Shown piece by piece: positions 29,102-39,065 of a stretch of DNA of 64,000 nt (the stretch's first letter is position 1; the number at the start of each line of letters is the position of its first letter). The notes below the pieces were generated by a model that was given only the letters and a program-made list of their open reading frames with translations, was not told where the DNA came from and did no database searches. A program made the position numbers and the translations under genes. Source of the stretch: Kofleriaceae bacterium (GTDB lineage: Bacteria; Myxococcota_A; Polyangia; Haliangiales; Haliangiaceae); assembly GCA_044230415.1 (NCBI GenBank), contig JBGARE010000001.1:497195-561194 (forward strand), read 5' to 3'.

Positions 29102-31609
29102 CTACAAATAGCCGCTTCGCTGGCGCAACAGCCACTCCAGACCGAGGAGGCCGATGACCAGGAACAACAGACCAGGACGACTCCACAGCTCGACGTCCGT
29201 ACGACGATCGACGCGGACGATGCGTGGAGGATCGAACGCGAGGTTCGCGGGAAGTGAATCGACGACACCGAGCGCCATTCCGCCGGTGGCCTTCGCGATC
29301 GACTCGAGCGTGGCGGGGTCGCCGACGGGCCGGTCGAGCTCGCTGCCGCCCTCGCGCACGAGGAAGATGTCGCTCGCATCGACCTTGCGGCCGCCGACCG
29401 TCGCCTCGCCCATGACGCGGTAGACGCCCGGCTCCAGCGTGATCTGGTTCGCGAGCTCGAGCACCGCCGTACCGTCTTCACCGACGGTGACCGTGGCCGT
29501 GATGTCCTGGATCGCGCGCGCCGGATCCGCGCCGCGCTTGACGACGACATTGACGACGCCGCCGGGCATCGGCTGGTAGTCGCGCCCGAGCAAGCGCACC
29601 GCGACACGCACGGGCTGACCGGGCGTGTACTCGACGGCGTCGCTGTCGACGTGCAGGTTGCGCAGGTCCGGATCCTGGATCAGCCAGCGCATCGATTGAT
29701 CCCAGAACTTCGTGTACTGGCGGCCCTGATCGCCGGGGCGCGCCGCCGCGACGAAGCCCCACTTCCACAGCGTGTCGGTGGTGACGGCCAACGTCCGGCC
29801 CTTGCCGTACTCGCCCGCGACGATCACCGGCATCGGCTTGCCCGTCTTCTTGATCTTCAGCTTCGGGTGATACGCGAGCACCGTCGCGTCGGGCTTCGCG
29901 CCGGCGACGATGTTGACGCCGTCGAGCGGCGGCAGCGACTTCCACGCGGCGAGGTTCTCCTCGGACGAGTAGCGCAGCGACGTCACCGGATGCACCTGGC
30001 CGGCCTCGGTGAGCTGCGGTTGGAAGCGGCTGTTGTCGAGCACGGGACCCGAATCGAACGGACCGTAGAGCTCGACGGGCAACGCGGCCGCGACCGGCGT
30101 GCCGTAGTAGCCGCCCGACGAGAACGACGCGCTGCCGCCGAGCATCGCGAGGCCACCGCCACCCTCGACGTAGCTGCGGATGTTCTCGAGGTAGTCGCCG
30201 ATGCCGTACGGCAGGTACTCGAAGTCCTGCAGGATGATCAGATCGAACGAGGGCAGCTGCTGCTCGAACAGCTCGCGCGTGGGGAACGGGATCAGCGACA
30301 TCTCGTCGTTCGGCACGAGCGAGATATCGTCCTGCGTGCGCAAGATGAAGAAGCTGATCAGATCGACGTTCGGGTTGCCCTTGAGCATCTGCCGTAGCGC
30401 CCGCACGTCCCAGCCGGGTTGACCGGCGACCTGCAGCACGCGTGTCTTGTCGCGAATGACGCGCACGACGAAGCTGCGCGCGTTGTTCGTGGTCACGGCC
30501 TCGCCGGGCGCGACGGGAACGCTGACCTCGTAGACATAGCGACCGACGCGCGGAGGCGTGACCTCGAACGTGACGGTGACATCGCGATCCCCGGCGGGGA
30601 GGTCGACCATCTTCTGGCGCAGCGGTTGGCCGTCCGTCGACAGCGTGACGGCGACCTGCCGCGCGGGAAGTCCGGTCGTGCGGATCACCGCATCGATGCG
30701 CACGACGGTCCGGACGAACGCGAACTCGTCGGCCATGATCTTGGCGACCGCGAGATCCTTGAGGCCTTTGCGCGCGGCCCACACGGTGTGCACGCGCGTG
30801 TCGAGCGAGCGCAGGAAGTCGCGCACGGCGCCATCACCCGAATCCTCGTCGAAGCCGCCCGTCGACGAGCCGTCGGAGATCAGCACGATGCCGGCGAGAT
30901 CGTGCCCTTCGTAGCGGTTGCGCACCGATTCGAGCGCCTTGCGGATCAGCGTCGCTTTGCCCTTCGCCGTCTTCTCGGCGAGCGCGGCGAGCGTCGTGGG
31001 ATCGAGCGTCTCGCTGAACGTGTAGAAGTCGATCTTGTGCGTCTTCTCCCACTCCGCGAGCGTGTCGGTGGAGTCGGCGAGCATCTGACGCGCACGCGCG
31101 ATCCGCGTGGGACCGTCGACCTGCTCTGCGAGCGACATCGACTTCGAGTCATCGATCAGCACCGCGATGCGATTCGGCTCGCGCGCGACCTGGCGCAGCT
31201 CGACCGCGGGCTCGAGGAACACGACGAGCGCACCGACGGCAGCGCCCGCGCGCAGACCGATCATCGTCGCGCGCCGCCACGCCGTTGCACCGCGGCTCGC
31301 GCGCCACGACAGCGCGACGATGGCGAGCACCGCGACGCCGCCGAGCGCGAGGCCGAGTCGGCCCCACGGCGCGAGCATCACCCAGCGGTACTCGTTGAAG
31401 TCCGACGATCCGCGCGCCGCGATCCGCACCGTCAGTCCGACGAGCAGCTCCGCGATCAGCGCACCGACGCACAGAAACGCGAGGGACGCGAGCGCACCGC
31501 CGAGGCCGCCCTTGCCGCGCTTGACGGCGACCACGGTCGCGATCGCGAGCACGAGCGCGAGCGCCGCGAGCACGACGCGAACCACCGCCGGAAACAGGAC
31601 GATGTTCAC
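29102..31609 (-). CDS. BatA-like aerotolerance-family membrane protein with VWA domain and a C-terminal glutamine-amidotransferase-like domain
   Basis: N-terminal TM helices (NIVLFPAVVRVVLAALALVLAIATVVAV…). A VWA-type segment (NRIAVLIDDSKSMSL… GIVLISDGSSTGG). C-terminal TM (LLFLVIGLLGLEWLL). Probable GTG start overlapping the upstream stop codon (taGTG). Confidence 0.75.
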   Translation of the reverse strand: MNIVLFPAVVRVVLAALALVLAIATVVAVKRGKGGLGGALASLAFLCVGALIAELLVGLTVRIAARGSSDFNEYRWVMLAPWGRLGLALGGVAVLAIVALSWRASRGATAWRRATMIGLRAGAAVGALVVFLEPAVELRQVAREPNRIAVLIDDSKSMSLAEQVDGPTRIARARQMLADSTDTLAEWEKTHKIDFYTFSETLDPTTLAALAEKTAKGKATLIRKALESVRNRYEGHDLAGIVLISDGSSTGGFDEDSGDGAVRDFLRSLDTRVHTVWAARKGLKDLAVAKIMADEFAFVRTVVRIDAVIRTTGLPARQVAVTLSTDGQPLRQKMVDLPAGDRDVTVTFEVTPPRVGRYVYEVSVPVAPGEAVTTNNARSFVVRVIRDKTRVLQVAGQPGWDVRALRQMLKGNPNVDLISFFILRTQDDISLVPNDEMSLIPFPTRELFEQQLPSFDLIILQDFEYLPYGIGDYLENIRSYVEGGGGLAMLGGSASFSSGGYYGTPVAAALPVELYGPFDSGPVLDNSRFQPQLTEAGQVHPVTSLRYSSEENLAAWKSLPPLDGVNIVAGAKPDATVLAYHPKLKIKKTGKPMPVIVAGEYGKGRTLAVTTDTLWKWGFVAAARPGDQGRQYTKFWDQSMRWLIQDPDLRNLHVDSDAVEYTPGQPVRVAVRLLGRDYQPMPGGVVNVVVKRGADPARAIQDITATVTVGEDGTAVLELANQITLEPGVYRVMGEATVGGRKVDASDIFLVREGGSELDRPVGDPATLESIAKATGGMALGVVDSLPANLAFDPPRIVRVDRRTDVELWSRPGLLFLVIGLLGLEWLLRQRSGYL

Positions 31610-32433
31610 TACGTGCCCTTTTTCGCGGGCGGCGCCGGGGTCGCGCCGTCGTCGGGCTTCCAGCGCCGGCGCTTCATGATGAAAGGCACGTGCACCTGGT
31701 CGGCCTTGTAGTCGAGACACAGCGCGTACATCACGAGGTTCACGCCCATGCGAAATGACAGCTCGCGCTGGCGCTCGCCACCGGGCTCGCAGCGAAACTC
31801 GTAGTTGCCGAAGTCATCGCGCGACCACGCGCCGCCCATGTCGTTCGAGATGTACGCGGCGACCAAGCGACCGTCGCGGATCACGCCTTCCATCGCGGGC
31901 GCGATCGACAGGCGGCCGAGCGGTTTGTCGAGCAAGTAGAACGAGCGATACACGACGTGATCCGTGGGGATCACCTCGAGGCCCTTCTGCGGCCCCGACG
32001 CGGGAAGCACCGCGGCCATCAGCTTGCGAACGGATCCGTCGAACGCGCCGTCCGTCGAACCCTCGGCGGAGTCGATCAGCAAGAAGCCACCGAACGTCAA
32101 AAACCGCCGCAGCGATTCGATGCCGGCCGCGTTGGGCAGCTCGATGTCGCGCTCGCCCGCGAAGTACAAAAACGGAGTCTCGTGCAGCGTCTCGGTCGTC
32201 GCGCTCACGATCGCGGGCTCGAGCTGCGGCTCGATCGACGTTCGCTTCTCGACTTCCCACGCGAGACGCCGCAGCGCGTTCGGCCGCGGATTCGTTCCGG
32301 GTCCGAGCACGAGCTGGCCGAACCGGAACTTCGATGCGGGTCCGATGGCGTCGGCGCGGCGCGGGAGCACGAACGCGGCGGCGGCGGCGACTCCACCCGC
32401 TAGCAGCCCTCGTCGCGTGAACCCCCGAGACAT
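31609..32433 (-). CDS. DUF4159-family protein with twin-arginine signal
   Basis: MSRGFTRRGLLAGGVAAAAAFVLP TAT signal. The DUF4159-like pattern (FLYFAGERDIELPNAAGIESLRRFLTFGGFLLID) commonly sits next to BatA/VWA genes. Confidence 0.65.
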   Translation of the reverse strand: MSRGFTRRGLLAGGVAAAAAFVLPRRADAIGPASKFRFGQLVLGPGTNPRPNALRRLAWEVEKRTSIEPQLEPAIVSATTETLHETPFLYFAGERDIELPNAAGIESLRRFLTFGGFLLIDSAEGSTDGAFDGSVRKLMAAVLPASGPQKGLEVIPTDHVVYRSFYLLDKPLGRLSIAPAMEGVIRDGRLVAAYISNDMGGAWSRDDFGNYEFRCEPGGERQRELSFRMGVNLVMYALCLDYKADQVHVPFIMKRRRWKPDDGATPAPPAKKGT

Positions 32434-32486
32434 TCGCGGAAGGTAGCGCCGGGCGGGGGAGGAGGCTAGCTCCGCCTCGTGTTAGC

Positions 32487-33215
32487 GTGGGCTCCGTGAA
32501 GCTCCCCGTGGTGGCTGCTTTCGGACTCGTCCTGGGAACGGTCGGCGGGGCATGGGCACAGGGTGTCGCGCCGGCCAAGGAGCCGGACGGGACGCCACCG
32601 CCGTCGAGCCCGCCCGATGCGACTCCCGAGGCACCCCGCCCTCCCGGGACATCGGGGCCGGTGACGTTCTCGCACAAGGGCCAGATCCAGGCCTCCCTCC
32701 GGCTGTCGCTCGGAATGCGCGCGATCGTCGCGTACGACGACGCCGACTACTGCGGCGAGACGGACTCGATGAGCAGCACGGGCAACAAGGCCGTGTGCAC
32801 GGGCCGGGTGCCGTTCTCGTTCGACTTCGAGCTCGGCTACGGCATCGCGCGCAAGATCGACCTGATCGCAGAGTTCCGCATCGGCATCGAGAACGACTTC
32901 ACCGCGACGTTCACCGGCGCCGGCGATGGCCCGCGCATGTTCCACTTCTCGCCCGGCGCGCGGTTCTTCTTCAGCGATGCAAAGACGATGAAGCTGTTCA
33001 CCACCGCGCAGGTGGTGTTCGACTTCGCGGGCTACAAGGACGCGGCGGGCAACGACCGCGGCGCGGACTTCGGTGTTCGCAACTTGAACGGCCTGTGGCT
33101 CGATCTCGATCGTGCCTACGGGTTCTATGCCTATGTGGGCGAGACCGCGACGTTCGGGCGTTGGCTCCTCACCGAGCTCGAGCTGGGCGCGGGAGTCTCG
33201 GCACGATTCCGCTGA
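32487..33215 (+). CDS. Hypothetical secreted / outer-membrane beta-barrel-like protein
   Basis: Signal peptide (VKLPVVAAFGLVLGTVGGAWAQG), a Pro-rich linker, then alternating amphipathic strands ending …GAGVSARFR. Confidence 0.5.
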   Translation: MGSVKLPVVAAFGLVLGTVGGAWAQGVAPAKEPDGTPPPSSPPDATPEAPRPPGTSGPVTFSHKGQIQASLRLSLGMRAIVAYDDADYCGETDSMSSTGNKAVCTGRVPFSFDFELGYGIARKIDLIAEFRIGIENDFTATFTGAGDGPRMFHFSPGARFFFSDAKTMKLFTTAQVVFDFAGYKDAAGNDRGADFGVRNLNGLWLDLDRAYGFYAYVGETATFGRWLLTELELGAGVSARFR

Positions 33216-33235
33216 TCGGCGCATCGTAGCCGTAC

Positions 33236-33985
33236 ATGACCTCGCCGACCTTCGCCGACCACTTCTCGTCTGTCGCGAAAGGGTACGCCGCCTATCGGCC
33301 CACGTATCCGCCGGCCCTCGCCGCCACGCTCGCGGAGCGCTCGCCGCGCGGCACCGCGTGGGATGTCGGGTGCGGCAACGGTCAGCTGTCGGTGGACCTC
33401 GCGGACCACTTCGACCACGTGATCGCCACGGATCCCGCGAAGGCGCAGATCGACGCGGCGGAGCCGCACCCGCGCGTCGAGTATCGCGTCGCGAGCGCCG
33501 AAGACTCGGGCCTCGCCGACCACAGCGTCGAGCTCGTCGTCGCCGCGCAGGCCGCCCATTGGTTTCAGTGGGACCGATGGATCGCCGAGGTCGAGCGCGT
33601 CGCGGTGCCCGGCGCGCTGATCGCGCTCGTCAGCTACGGCATCATCTTCGTCGAAGGCGACGCCGCGAACGCGCTCGTCGAGCGCTACTACCACGACGAG
33701 GCGGGCCCGTTCTGGCCGAAGGGACGCGAGCACGTCGAGAATGGCTATCGCGACCTCGTGCTCCCGTGGCCCGCCGTCGAGCCGCCGGTGCTCGAGATGA
33801 CGGCGCGCTGGACGCGCGACGAGCTACTCGGCTACGTGAACACCTGGTCCGCGACCGCGAAGCTGACGCAGGTCAAAGGCGATGCGCCCGTGCGCGCGCT
33901 CTCCGACGCGCTCGCCGCGGTGTGGCCCGACGGCGAGATCCGCACGGTGACCTGGCCGCTCTCGATCCGTCTCGCGCGTCGCTAG
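33236..33985 (+). CDS. Class I SAM-dependent methyltransferase
   Basis: Motif I VGCGNGQLSVDLA, an acidic-loop motif, and typical MTase length. Confidence 0.8.
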   Translation: MTSPTFADHFSSVAKGYAAYRPTYPPALAATLAERSPRGTAWDVGCGNGQLSVDLADHFDHVIATDPAKAQIDAAEPHPRVEYRVASAEDSGLADHSVELVVAAQAAHWFQWDRWIAEVERVAVPGALIALVSYGIIFVEGDAANALVERYYHDEAGPFWPKGREHVENGYRDLVLPWPAVEPPVLEMTARWTRDELLGYVNTWSATAKLTQVKGDAPVRALSDALAAVWPDGEIRTVTWPLSIRLARR

Positions 33986-34015
33986 CGTGCTGAACGCGCG
34001 CTATAACCAGCGGCG

Positions 34016-34825
34016 ATGTATCGGCTGCTCGCGCTGGATCTCGACGGGACGCTGCTCAAGCGCGATCACACGGTCGACGAGCGCGATGTCGCCGCGATCA
34101 ACGAGCTGCAGCGCGCGGGTGTCACCGTCACGATCGTCACGGGGCGGCTCCACTCGGGCTCGGTCGCCGCGGCGCGTGCGTGCGGTATCGAGGGTGTGAT
34201 CGCGTGCGTCGAGGGCAGTCACCTCGTCGAGCTCGCGTCGAACACCACGCTCGTGCATCACGCGATCGAGCCGGAGACGTCCGCGTTGCTGCGCCAGACC
34301 ATCGGCGCGAACGGGCTCGTGCCGTTCGTGTTCGACGCACAGGGTATCCACCACGATCACGCGGGCGCCGCGTACGCGCACTACGTGAGCACGTGGTCAC
34401 CGAACCTGCGCATCGTCGAAGAGGACGTCGCATGGCAAACCGAGCCGCTCGCTGCCGTGGCGATCGGCGACGAGGCGGCGGTGTTGGCCGCGGCGCAAAC
34501 GCTGCGCGCGCACGCGGATCGCTTGTTCTCGGTGAACTTCCAGGTGTGGACGATCGCCGGCAAGCACGCGCTCCTCGCGCGAGCGGCGGGGCCGAGCAAG
34601 GGCACCGCGCTGCGCGAGCTGTGTGCGCGCATCGGCTGCTCCGTCGAGGAGGCGGTCGCCGTCGGCGACTGGATGAACGACATCCCGATGTTCGAGGTCG
34701 CCGGGCGCTCGTTCGTGATGGGCGGCGCGCCGGAGGCCATCTCGTCGACGGCCACCGACCAACTCGAGTCTGCGAGTGGCGGTGGCGGTGGCATCGCGGA
34801 GGCGATCAGGCGAGCATGGGGCTAG
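34016..34825 (+). CDS. Cof-type HAD-IIB family hydrolase
   Basis: LLALDLDGTLL (DxDGT motif I), …GD..ND… motif IV (VGDWMNDIPMF). Confidence 0.85.
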   Translation: MYRLLALDLDGTLLKRDHTVDERDVAAINELQRAGVTVTIVTGRLHSGSVAAARACGIEGVIACVEGSHLVELASNTTLVHHAIEPETSALLRQTIGANGLVPFVFDAQGIHHDHAGAAYAHYVSTWSPNLRIVEEDVAWQTEPLAAVAIGDEAAVLAAAQTLRAHADRLFSVNFQVWTIAGKHALLARAAGPSKGTALRELCARIGCSVEEAVAVGDWMNDIPMFEVAGRSFVMGGAPEAISSTATDQLESASGGGGGIAEAIRRAWG

Positions 34826-34831
34826 TCCCCA

Positions 34832-36334
34832 TTGGCAGCCGAGCGTCGAAGAAAAAAGCGGAAGTACAACGATGGCGTGTTCGCGCTGTCGCGCAAGTTC
34901 ACGCTGACTCCGATCTCGCACGCCACAGAGCTCGAGGGCCCGTTTCTCGTCGAGCCGGCGTGGGACGGTCATCGCGTGCTCGCGACGCGGATGGGCACGC
35001 AGGTCCGGCTCGCCGCGATCGACTATCGCGATTGGACGCAGACGTTCCCCGCGGCGGCAGCGGCGCTCGGCAAGCTGGGCTCGTCGTCGATCGCGATCGA
35101 CGGCATGATCTGCGTGTTCGACGAGCACGGTCGCCCGTCGTTCGACGCGCTGCGCGCGAAGGTGCAGAGCGGCGCCGCGGTGATGTCGGCCGCGCTGATC
35201 TGCTGGGACCTCTTGTGGCTCGACGACGAAGATCTGCGCGGGCTCCCGCTGCGCGAGCGTCGCGAGCGATTGATCGCGCTGCTCGCGGACGCGCCGAAAG
35301 CGATCCTGCCGTCGCAGGCGCTCGACGGTGCGCCGGCGAAGGTGTTGACCGCGGTCGCCGCGCACGGCATTCGCTCCGTCGTGGCGCGCAACGCGGCGAG
35401 CACCTACGACGCCGCGTGGACGGTGCATGGCGAGCGCGTCGATTGGCAGCGTTCGCTGTCCCCGCCGCCGCCGATGTCGAACGCGGACAAGGTGCTCTAT
35501 CCGCGCGATGGCATCTGCAAGCGCGACATCATCGGCTACTACCGCGATGTCGCGCCGCTGCTCGTGCCGCAGCTGCTCGATCGCCCCGTCGTGATCCAGC
35601 GCTGGGTCGACGGCATCGACGAGTTCGATTGGTACCAGCACCGCGTGCCGCCGCGATCGCCGGACTACATCCGCGCGGCGTGGGTCGATGGCGTGCGCCG
35701 GATCGTCGTCGAGAACGTCGACGCGCTGCTGTGGATGGTGAACCAGGCGGGGCTCACGTTTCACGGCTTCGCATCGCGACTGTCGTCGTTGCCGGAGCCG
35801 GACTACGCGATGATCGATCTCGATCCGGGCGATCGCACGACCTGGTGGGACGACATGATCGATGTCGCGCTCGGCATTCGCAAAGTGCTCGAGCTGCTCG
35901 AGCTGCCGAGCGTGGTCAAGACCAGCGGTCAACGCGGCATCCACATCCTCATCCCGCTCGCATCCGGCCACGACTTCGCCCAGGCCGAGACGCTCGCGCG
36001 CGGCATCGCCACGCTGGTCCAGACGCTGATCCCCGACAAGGTCACGCTCGAGCAGGAGAAGGAGAAGCGCTTCGGTCGCCTGCTGATCGATCACAAGCAG
36101 TTCATGGCGAAGACGCTCGTCGTGCCGTACTCGCTGCGCGGCGCCGACGGTGCTCCGGTGTCCACGCCGCTCGCGTGGGACGAGGTCACGCACGCGCTCG
36201 TGCCGAAGGCGTTCACGCTGCGCACGTTGCGCGCGCGCCTCGACGAGCGAGGCGATCTCGCCGCTCCGCTCCTCGAGGGAACCGCGCAGCTCGCACCCGC
36301 GCTCGCGCAGCTGCGCGCGGCCGGCGCGATCTAG
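34832..36334 (+). CDS. LigD-related protein: N-terminal ligase-like adenylation module (motif I Lys replaced by Ala) fused to a LigD polymerase/primase (PolDom) domain
   Basis: Residues about 215-500 match LigD PolDom (KVLYPRDGICKRDIIGYYRDVAPLL… MIDLDPGD… KTSGQRGIHILIPL… STPLAWDEV). The N-terminal about 215 aa align with ATP-dependent ligase motifs (FLVEPAWDGHRV = motif I with K->A, IAIDGMICVFDEHGRPSFDAL, LICWDLLWLDDEDLRGLPLRERRERL), but are too short to include an OB domain. Confidence 0.7.
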   Translation: MAAERRRKKRKYNDGVFALSRKFTLTPISHATELEGPFLVEPAWDGHRVLATRMGTQVRLAAIDYRDWTQTFPAAAAALGKLGSSSIAIDGMICVFDEHGRPSFDALRAKVQSGAAVMSAALICWDLLWLDDEDLRGLPLRERRERLIALLADAPKAILPSQALDGAPAKVLTAVAAHGIRSVVARNAASTYDAAWTVHGERVDWQRSLSPPPPMSNADKVLYPRDGICKRDIIGYYRDVAPLLVPQLLDRPVVIQRWVDGIDEFDWYQHRVPPRSPDYIRAAWVDGVRRIVVENVDALLWMVNQAGLTFHGFASRLSSLPEPDYAMIDLDPGDRTTWWDDMIDVALGIRKVLELLELPSVVKTSGQRGIHILIPLASGHDFAQAETLARGIATLVQTLIPDKVTLEQEKEKRFGRLLIDHKQFMAKTLVVPYSLRGADGAPVSTPLAWDEVTHALVPKAFTLRTLRARLDERGDLAAPLLEGTAQLAPALAQLRAAGAI

Positions 36335-38520
36335 CGCTTCGCGCGGCGATCGGGCTCGTCGTTCATCTGCACGAGGAACCCGAACTCTTCCGCGACTTCG
36401 TGGAGTTGATCGAAGCGTCCGGACGCACCACCGTGGCCCGAGGTCATGTCGGTCACCAGCACGAGCGTGTTCGTGTCCGTCTTCGTCGCGCGCAGCTTCG
36501 CGACCCACTTCGCGGGCTCGAAGTACTGCACCTGGCTGTCCCACAGCCCCGTGCGCACGTAGATCGCCGGGTACGCCTGCGCCTTGACGTTGTCGTACGG
36601 CGAGTAGCTCAGCATGTACTCGTACGCCGCTTTGTCCTCGATCGGGTTGCCCCACTCGACGAACTCGCCCGTGGTCAGCGGGATCGAGACATCGATCATC
36701 GTGGTGATCACGTCGACGAACGGCACGTCCGCGATCACGCCGCGATAGAGATCCGGGCGCATGTTGACGATCGCACCCATCAAGAGCCCACCGGCGCTGC
36801 CGCCTTTGGCGAACACGCGATTCTTCGCGCCGTACTTCGCCTGTACGAGGTGCTCGGTCGCCGCGATGAAGTCGGTGAACGTGTTCTTCTTGTTCATCAG
36901 CTTGCCGTCGTCGTACCAAGCGCGGCCCATCTCCTGGCCGCCGCGAACGTGCGCGGTCGCCCAGACCCATCCGCGATCGAGGAGGCTCACCCGCGAGTAG
37001 CTGAAGTTCGGCTCCATCGCGTAGCCGTACGAGCCGTAGCCGTAGACGAGCAGCGGCGCGGTGCCGTCGATCTTCGTGCCCTTGCGATACACGATCGAGA
37101 TCGGGACCTTCGTGCCATCGCTCGCCGTCGCGTGGACGTACTCGCTCGTGTACAGCGACGCGTCGTAGCCGGGCACCGGTTGTTGCTTGAGCAGCTCGCG
37201 CTTCTTCGTCGCGACATCGAGCTCGAACACGGAGCTCGGCGTGGTCATCGATTGATACGAGTAGCGCACGCGCTTCGCCGACGCGTCCGGCGTGTTCCAC
37301 ACGGACATCACGTACGCGGGATCCTGTGCATCGATCATGAACGCGGCGCCCTTCTTCGGCATCACGCGCACCTTGGATAGCCCGTCGGTGCGAAGGCCTA
37401 CCGCGAGGAAGTCGCGATACACGGCGACGTCCTCGATGAACACCTTGGGATCATGCGCGACGATGTCCTTCCACTTCGCGCGATTGCCGACGTTCGCGTC
37501 GCTCGCTTCGACCAGGCGATAGTTCTTCGCGTGATCGTTCGTGCGGATCACGAAGCGTCCGTCGAGGTGATCGAGGCTGTAGATGTGGCCGCGCTCGCGA
37601 GGCACGACCATGCGCATCGGCGAGCTCGGCTTGTTCGCATCGATCAGGCGCATCTCCGCGCCATCGAGTGAATCGATCGCGACCACGAGGTACGCGTGCG
37701 ACTTCGTCTTGTCGACCTCGATCGAGAACTCGCCGTCCTTCTCCTCGTAGACGAGCGTGGGCTCCTTGTCGCCGATCGCGAGCCGCAGCAGCTTGTCCTC
37801 GCGCAGCGTGACGGGATCCTTGCCCGCGAAGAACAGCGTCTTGTTGTCGTTCGCCCACGCCATCGTCGGGGCGATGTTCGTCGCCGTCTCCGGCAGCAGC
37901 GCGCCCGTCTTCAGATCCTTGATCCGCAGCACGAACTGGTTGCGCCCGACGAGGTCCTCCGCGTACGCGAGCAGCTGCCCGTTGCGGCTGACGTCGAAGG
38001 TTCCGATCTTGTAGAAGTCGTGGCCCTTCGCGAGCGCGTTGCCGTCGAGGAGGATCTCCTCGGCGCCCGTCATCGTGCCCTTGCGGCGGCAGTACAGCGG
38101 ATGCTGCTGCCCGGTCTCGAAGCGCGTGTAGTACCAGTAGCCGTTGTCGAGCATCGGGACGCTCGCGTCGTCCTCCTTCACACGCGCGCGCATCTCGGCG
38201 AACAGCGTGTCGACGAGCTTCGCCGACGGTGCGAGCACCTTCTTCGCGTACGCGTTCTCCGCGTCGAGATATCCGATCACCTCTTTGTCGGTGCGCGTGT
38301 CGTCGCGCATCCAGAAGTACGGATCGTTGCGCACAGGTCCATGCGGCGACGTCAGCGTGTGCGGCACGACCTTCGCGATCGGCGGCCCGTTCTCGTCGGG
38401 TTTCGCTGGCGCGACCGGCTCGACCGGCGCGGGCTCTGGCGTCGGCGTCGGTGCAGGGCGCGCTGGATCGGGAGCCGAGCTACACGCGACGAGGAGGCTG
38501 ATCAGAAGGACGCGGCGCAT
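36331..38520 (-). CDS. ptrB: Oligopeptidase B (S9A prolyl-oligopeptidase family), lipoprotein
   Basis: Lipobox LLVACSS. PtrB-like N-terminal beta-propeller (DPYFWMRDDTR…IGYLDAENAY). Catalytic Ser in GGSAGGLLMG, Asp/His in the C-terminal part (…DMTSGHGG). The 4-bp stops overlap with the convergent LigD-like gene. Confidence 0.9.
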   Translation of the reverse strand: MRRVLLISLLVACSSAPDPARPAPTPTPEPAPVEPVAPAKPDENGPPIAKVVPHTLTSPHGPVRNDPYFWMRDDTRTDKEVIGYLDAENAYAKKVLAPSAKLVDTLFAEMRARVKEDDASVPMLDNGYWYYTRFETGQQHPLYCRRKGTMTGAEEILLDGNALAKGHDFYKIGTFDVSRNGQLLAYAEDLVGRNQFVLRIKDLKTGALLPETATNIAPTMAWANDNKTLFFAGKDPVTLREDKLLRLAIGDKEPTLVYEEKDGEFSIEVDKTKSHAYLVVAIDSLDGAEMRLIDANKPSSPMRMVVPRERGHIYSLDHLDGRFVIRTNDHAKNYRLVEASDANVGNRAKWKDIVAHDPKVFIEDVAVYRDFLAVGLRTDGLSKVRVMPKKGAAFMIDAQDPAYVMSVWNTPDASAKRVRYSYQSMTTPSSVFELDVATKKRELLKQQPVPGYDASLYTSEYVHATASDGTKVPISIVYRKGTKIDGTAPLLVYGYGSYGYAMEPNFSYSRVSLLDRGWVWATAHVRGGQEMGRAWYDDGKLMNKKNTFTDFIAATEHLVQAKYGAKNRVFAKGGSAGGLLMGAIVNMRPDLYRGVIADVPFVDVITTMIDVSIPLTTGEFVEWGNPIEDKAAYEYMLSYSPYDNVKAQAYPAIYVRTGLWDSQVQYFEPAKWVAKLRATKTDTNTLVLVTDMTSGHGGASGRFDQLHEVAEEFGFLVQMNDEPDRRAKR

Positions 38521-38564
38521 GCAGCGGCTGTAGCACGTCCGCTGTTTCGCCGGGAACGAGCGGG

Positions 38565-39065
38565 CTACGTCGCCGACTCGAGCTGCGCGAGCCAATACTC
38601 TTTCTGCGCCGGGTAGTAGTCGTCCCACTCCGGCTTCGGCGTGCCCTCGCGCGCGTGCACGAGCATGTCGAAGTAGTACTCCCAGCCCGGGCCGAAGTCG
38701 CCGACCATCTTCTTCTTCGCGTCCGACAGGTGGTGGCAGAACTCGAGGTACGTCGTGCCGTTGCCTTCGCGCAGACGGATCTCGTAGTGCGACTCGCCGA
38801 AGTCGGACTTGCTCGTCACGTCGAGGTGATGCGGCGCCTCGCACTTGTTGATCGTGACATCGATCCACGAGTCGCCCTTCTCGAACACCATCAGCAGCTT
38901 GATCGTGTTGCCGACGCGCGCGTCGCCTTCCCAGCGACCGAACCATCGCTCGGTCCGTTCGGACTTCGTGACGCTCTCCCACACATCGGCGATCGGCGCC
39001 TTGAACGTGCGCGTCACGATCAGATCGTTTCCACGCAAACTCCCAGTCGGCTTCGGCTTGCTCAT
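38565..39065 (-). CDS. SRPBCC-superfamily protein (AHSA1 / activator-of-Hsp90-ATPase-like domain)
   Basis: TRTFKAPIADVWESVTKSERTERWFG is AHSA1-type. ATGA coupling with the upstream ArsR gene is a classic arrangement. Confidence 0.8.
   Translation of the reverse strand: MSKPKPTGSLRGNDLIVTRTFKAPIADVWESVTKSERTERWFGRWEGDARVGNTIKLLMVFEKGDSWIDVTINKCEAPHHLDVTSKSDFGESHYEIRLREGNGTTYLEFCHHLSDAKKKMVGDFGPGWEYYFDMLVHAREGTPKPEWDDYYPAQKEYWLAQLESAT

Noticed and set aside
34397-37300. 967-aa minus-strand ORF and 1066-aa plus-strand ORF (34180..37380)
   Set aside because: These overlap the HAD, LigD-like and oligopeptidase B genes in wrong frames or strands. The compositions are Arg/Gly/Ala-dominated and lack motifs.
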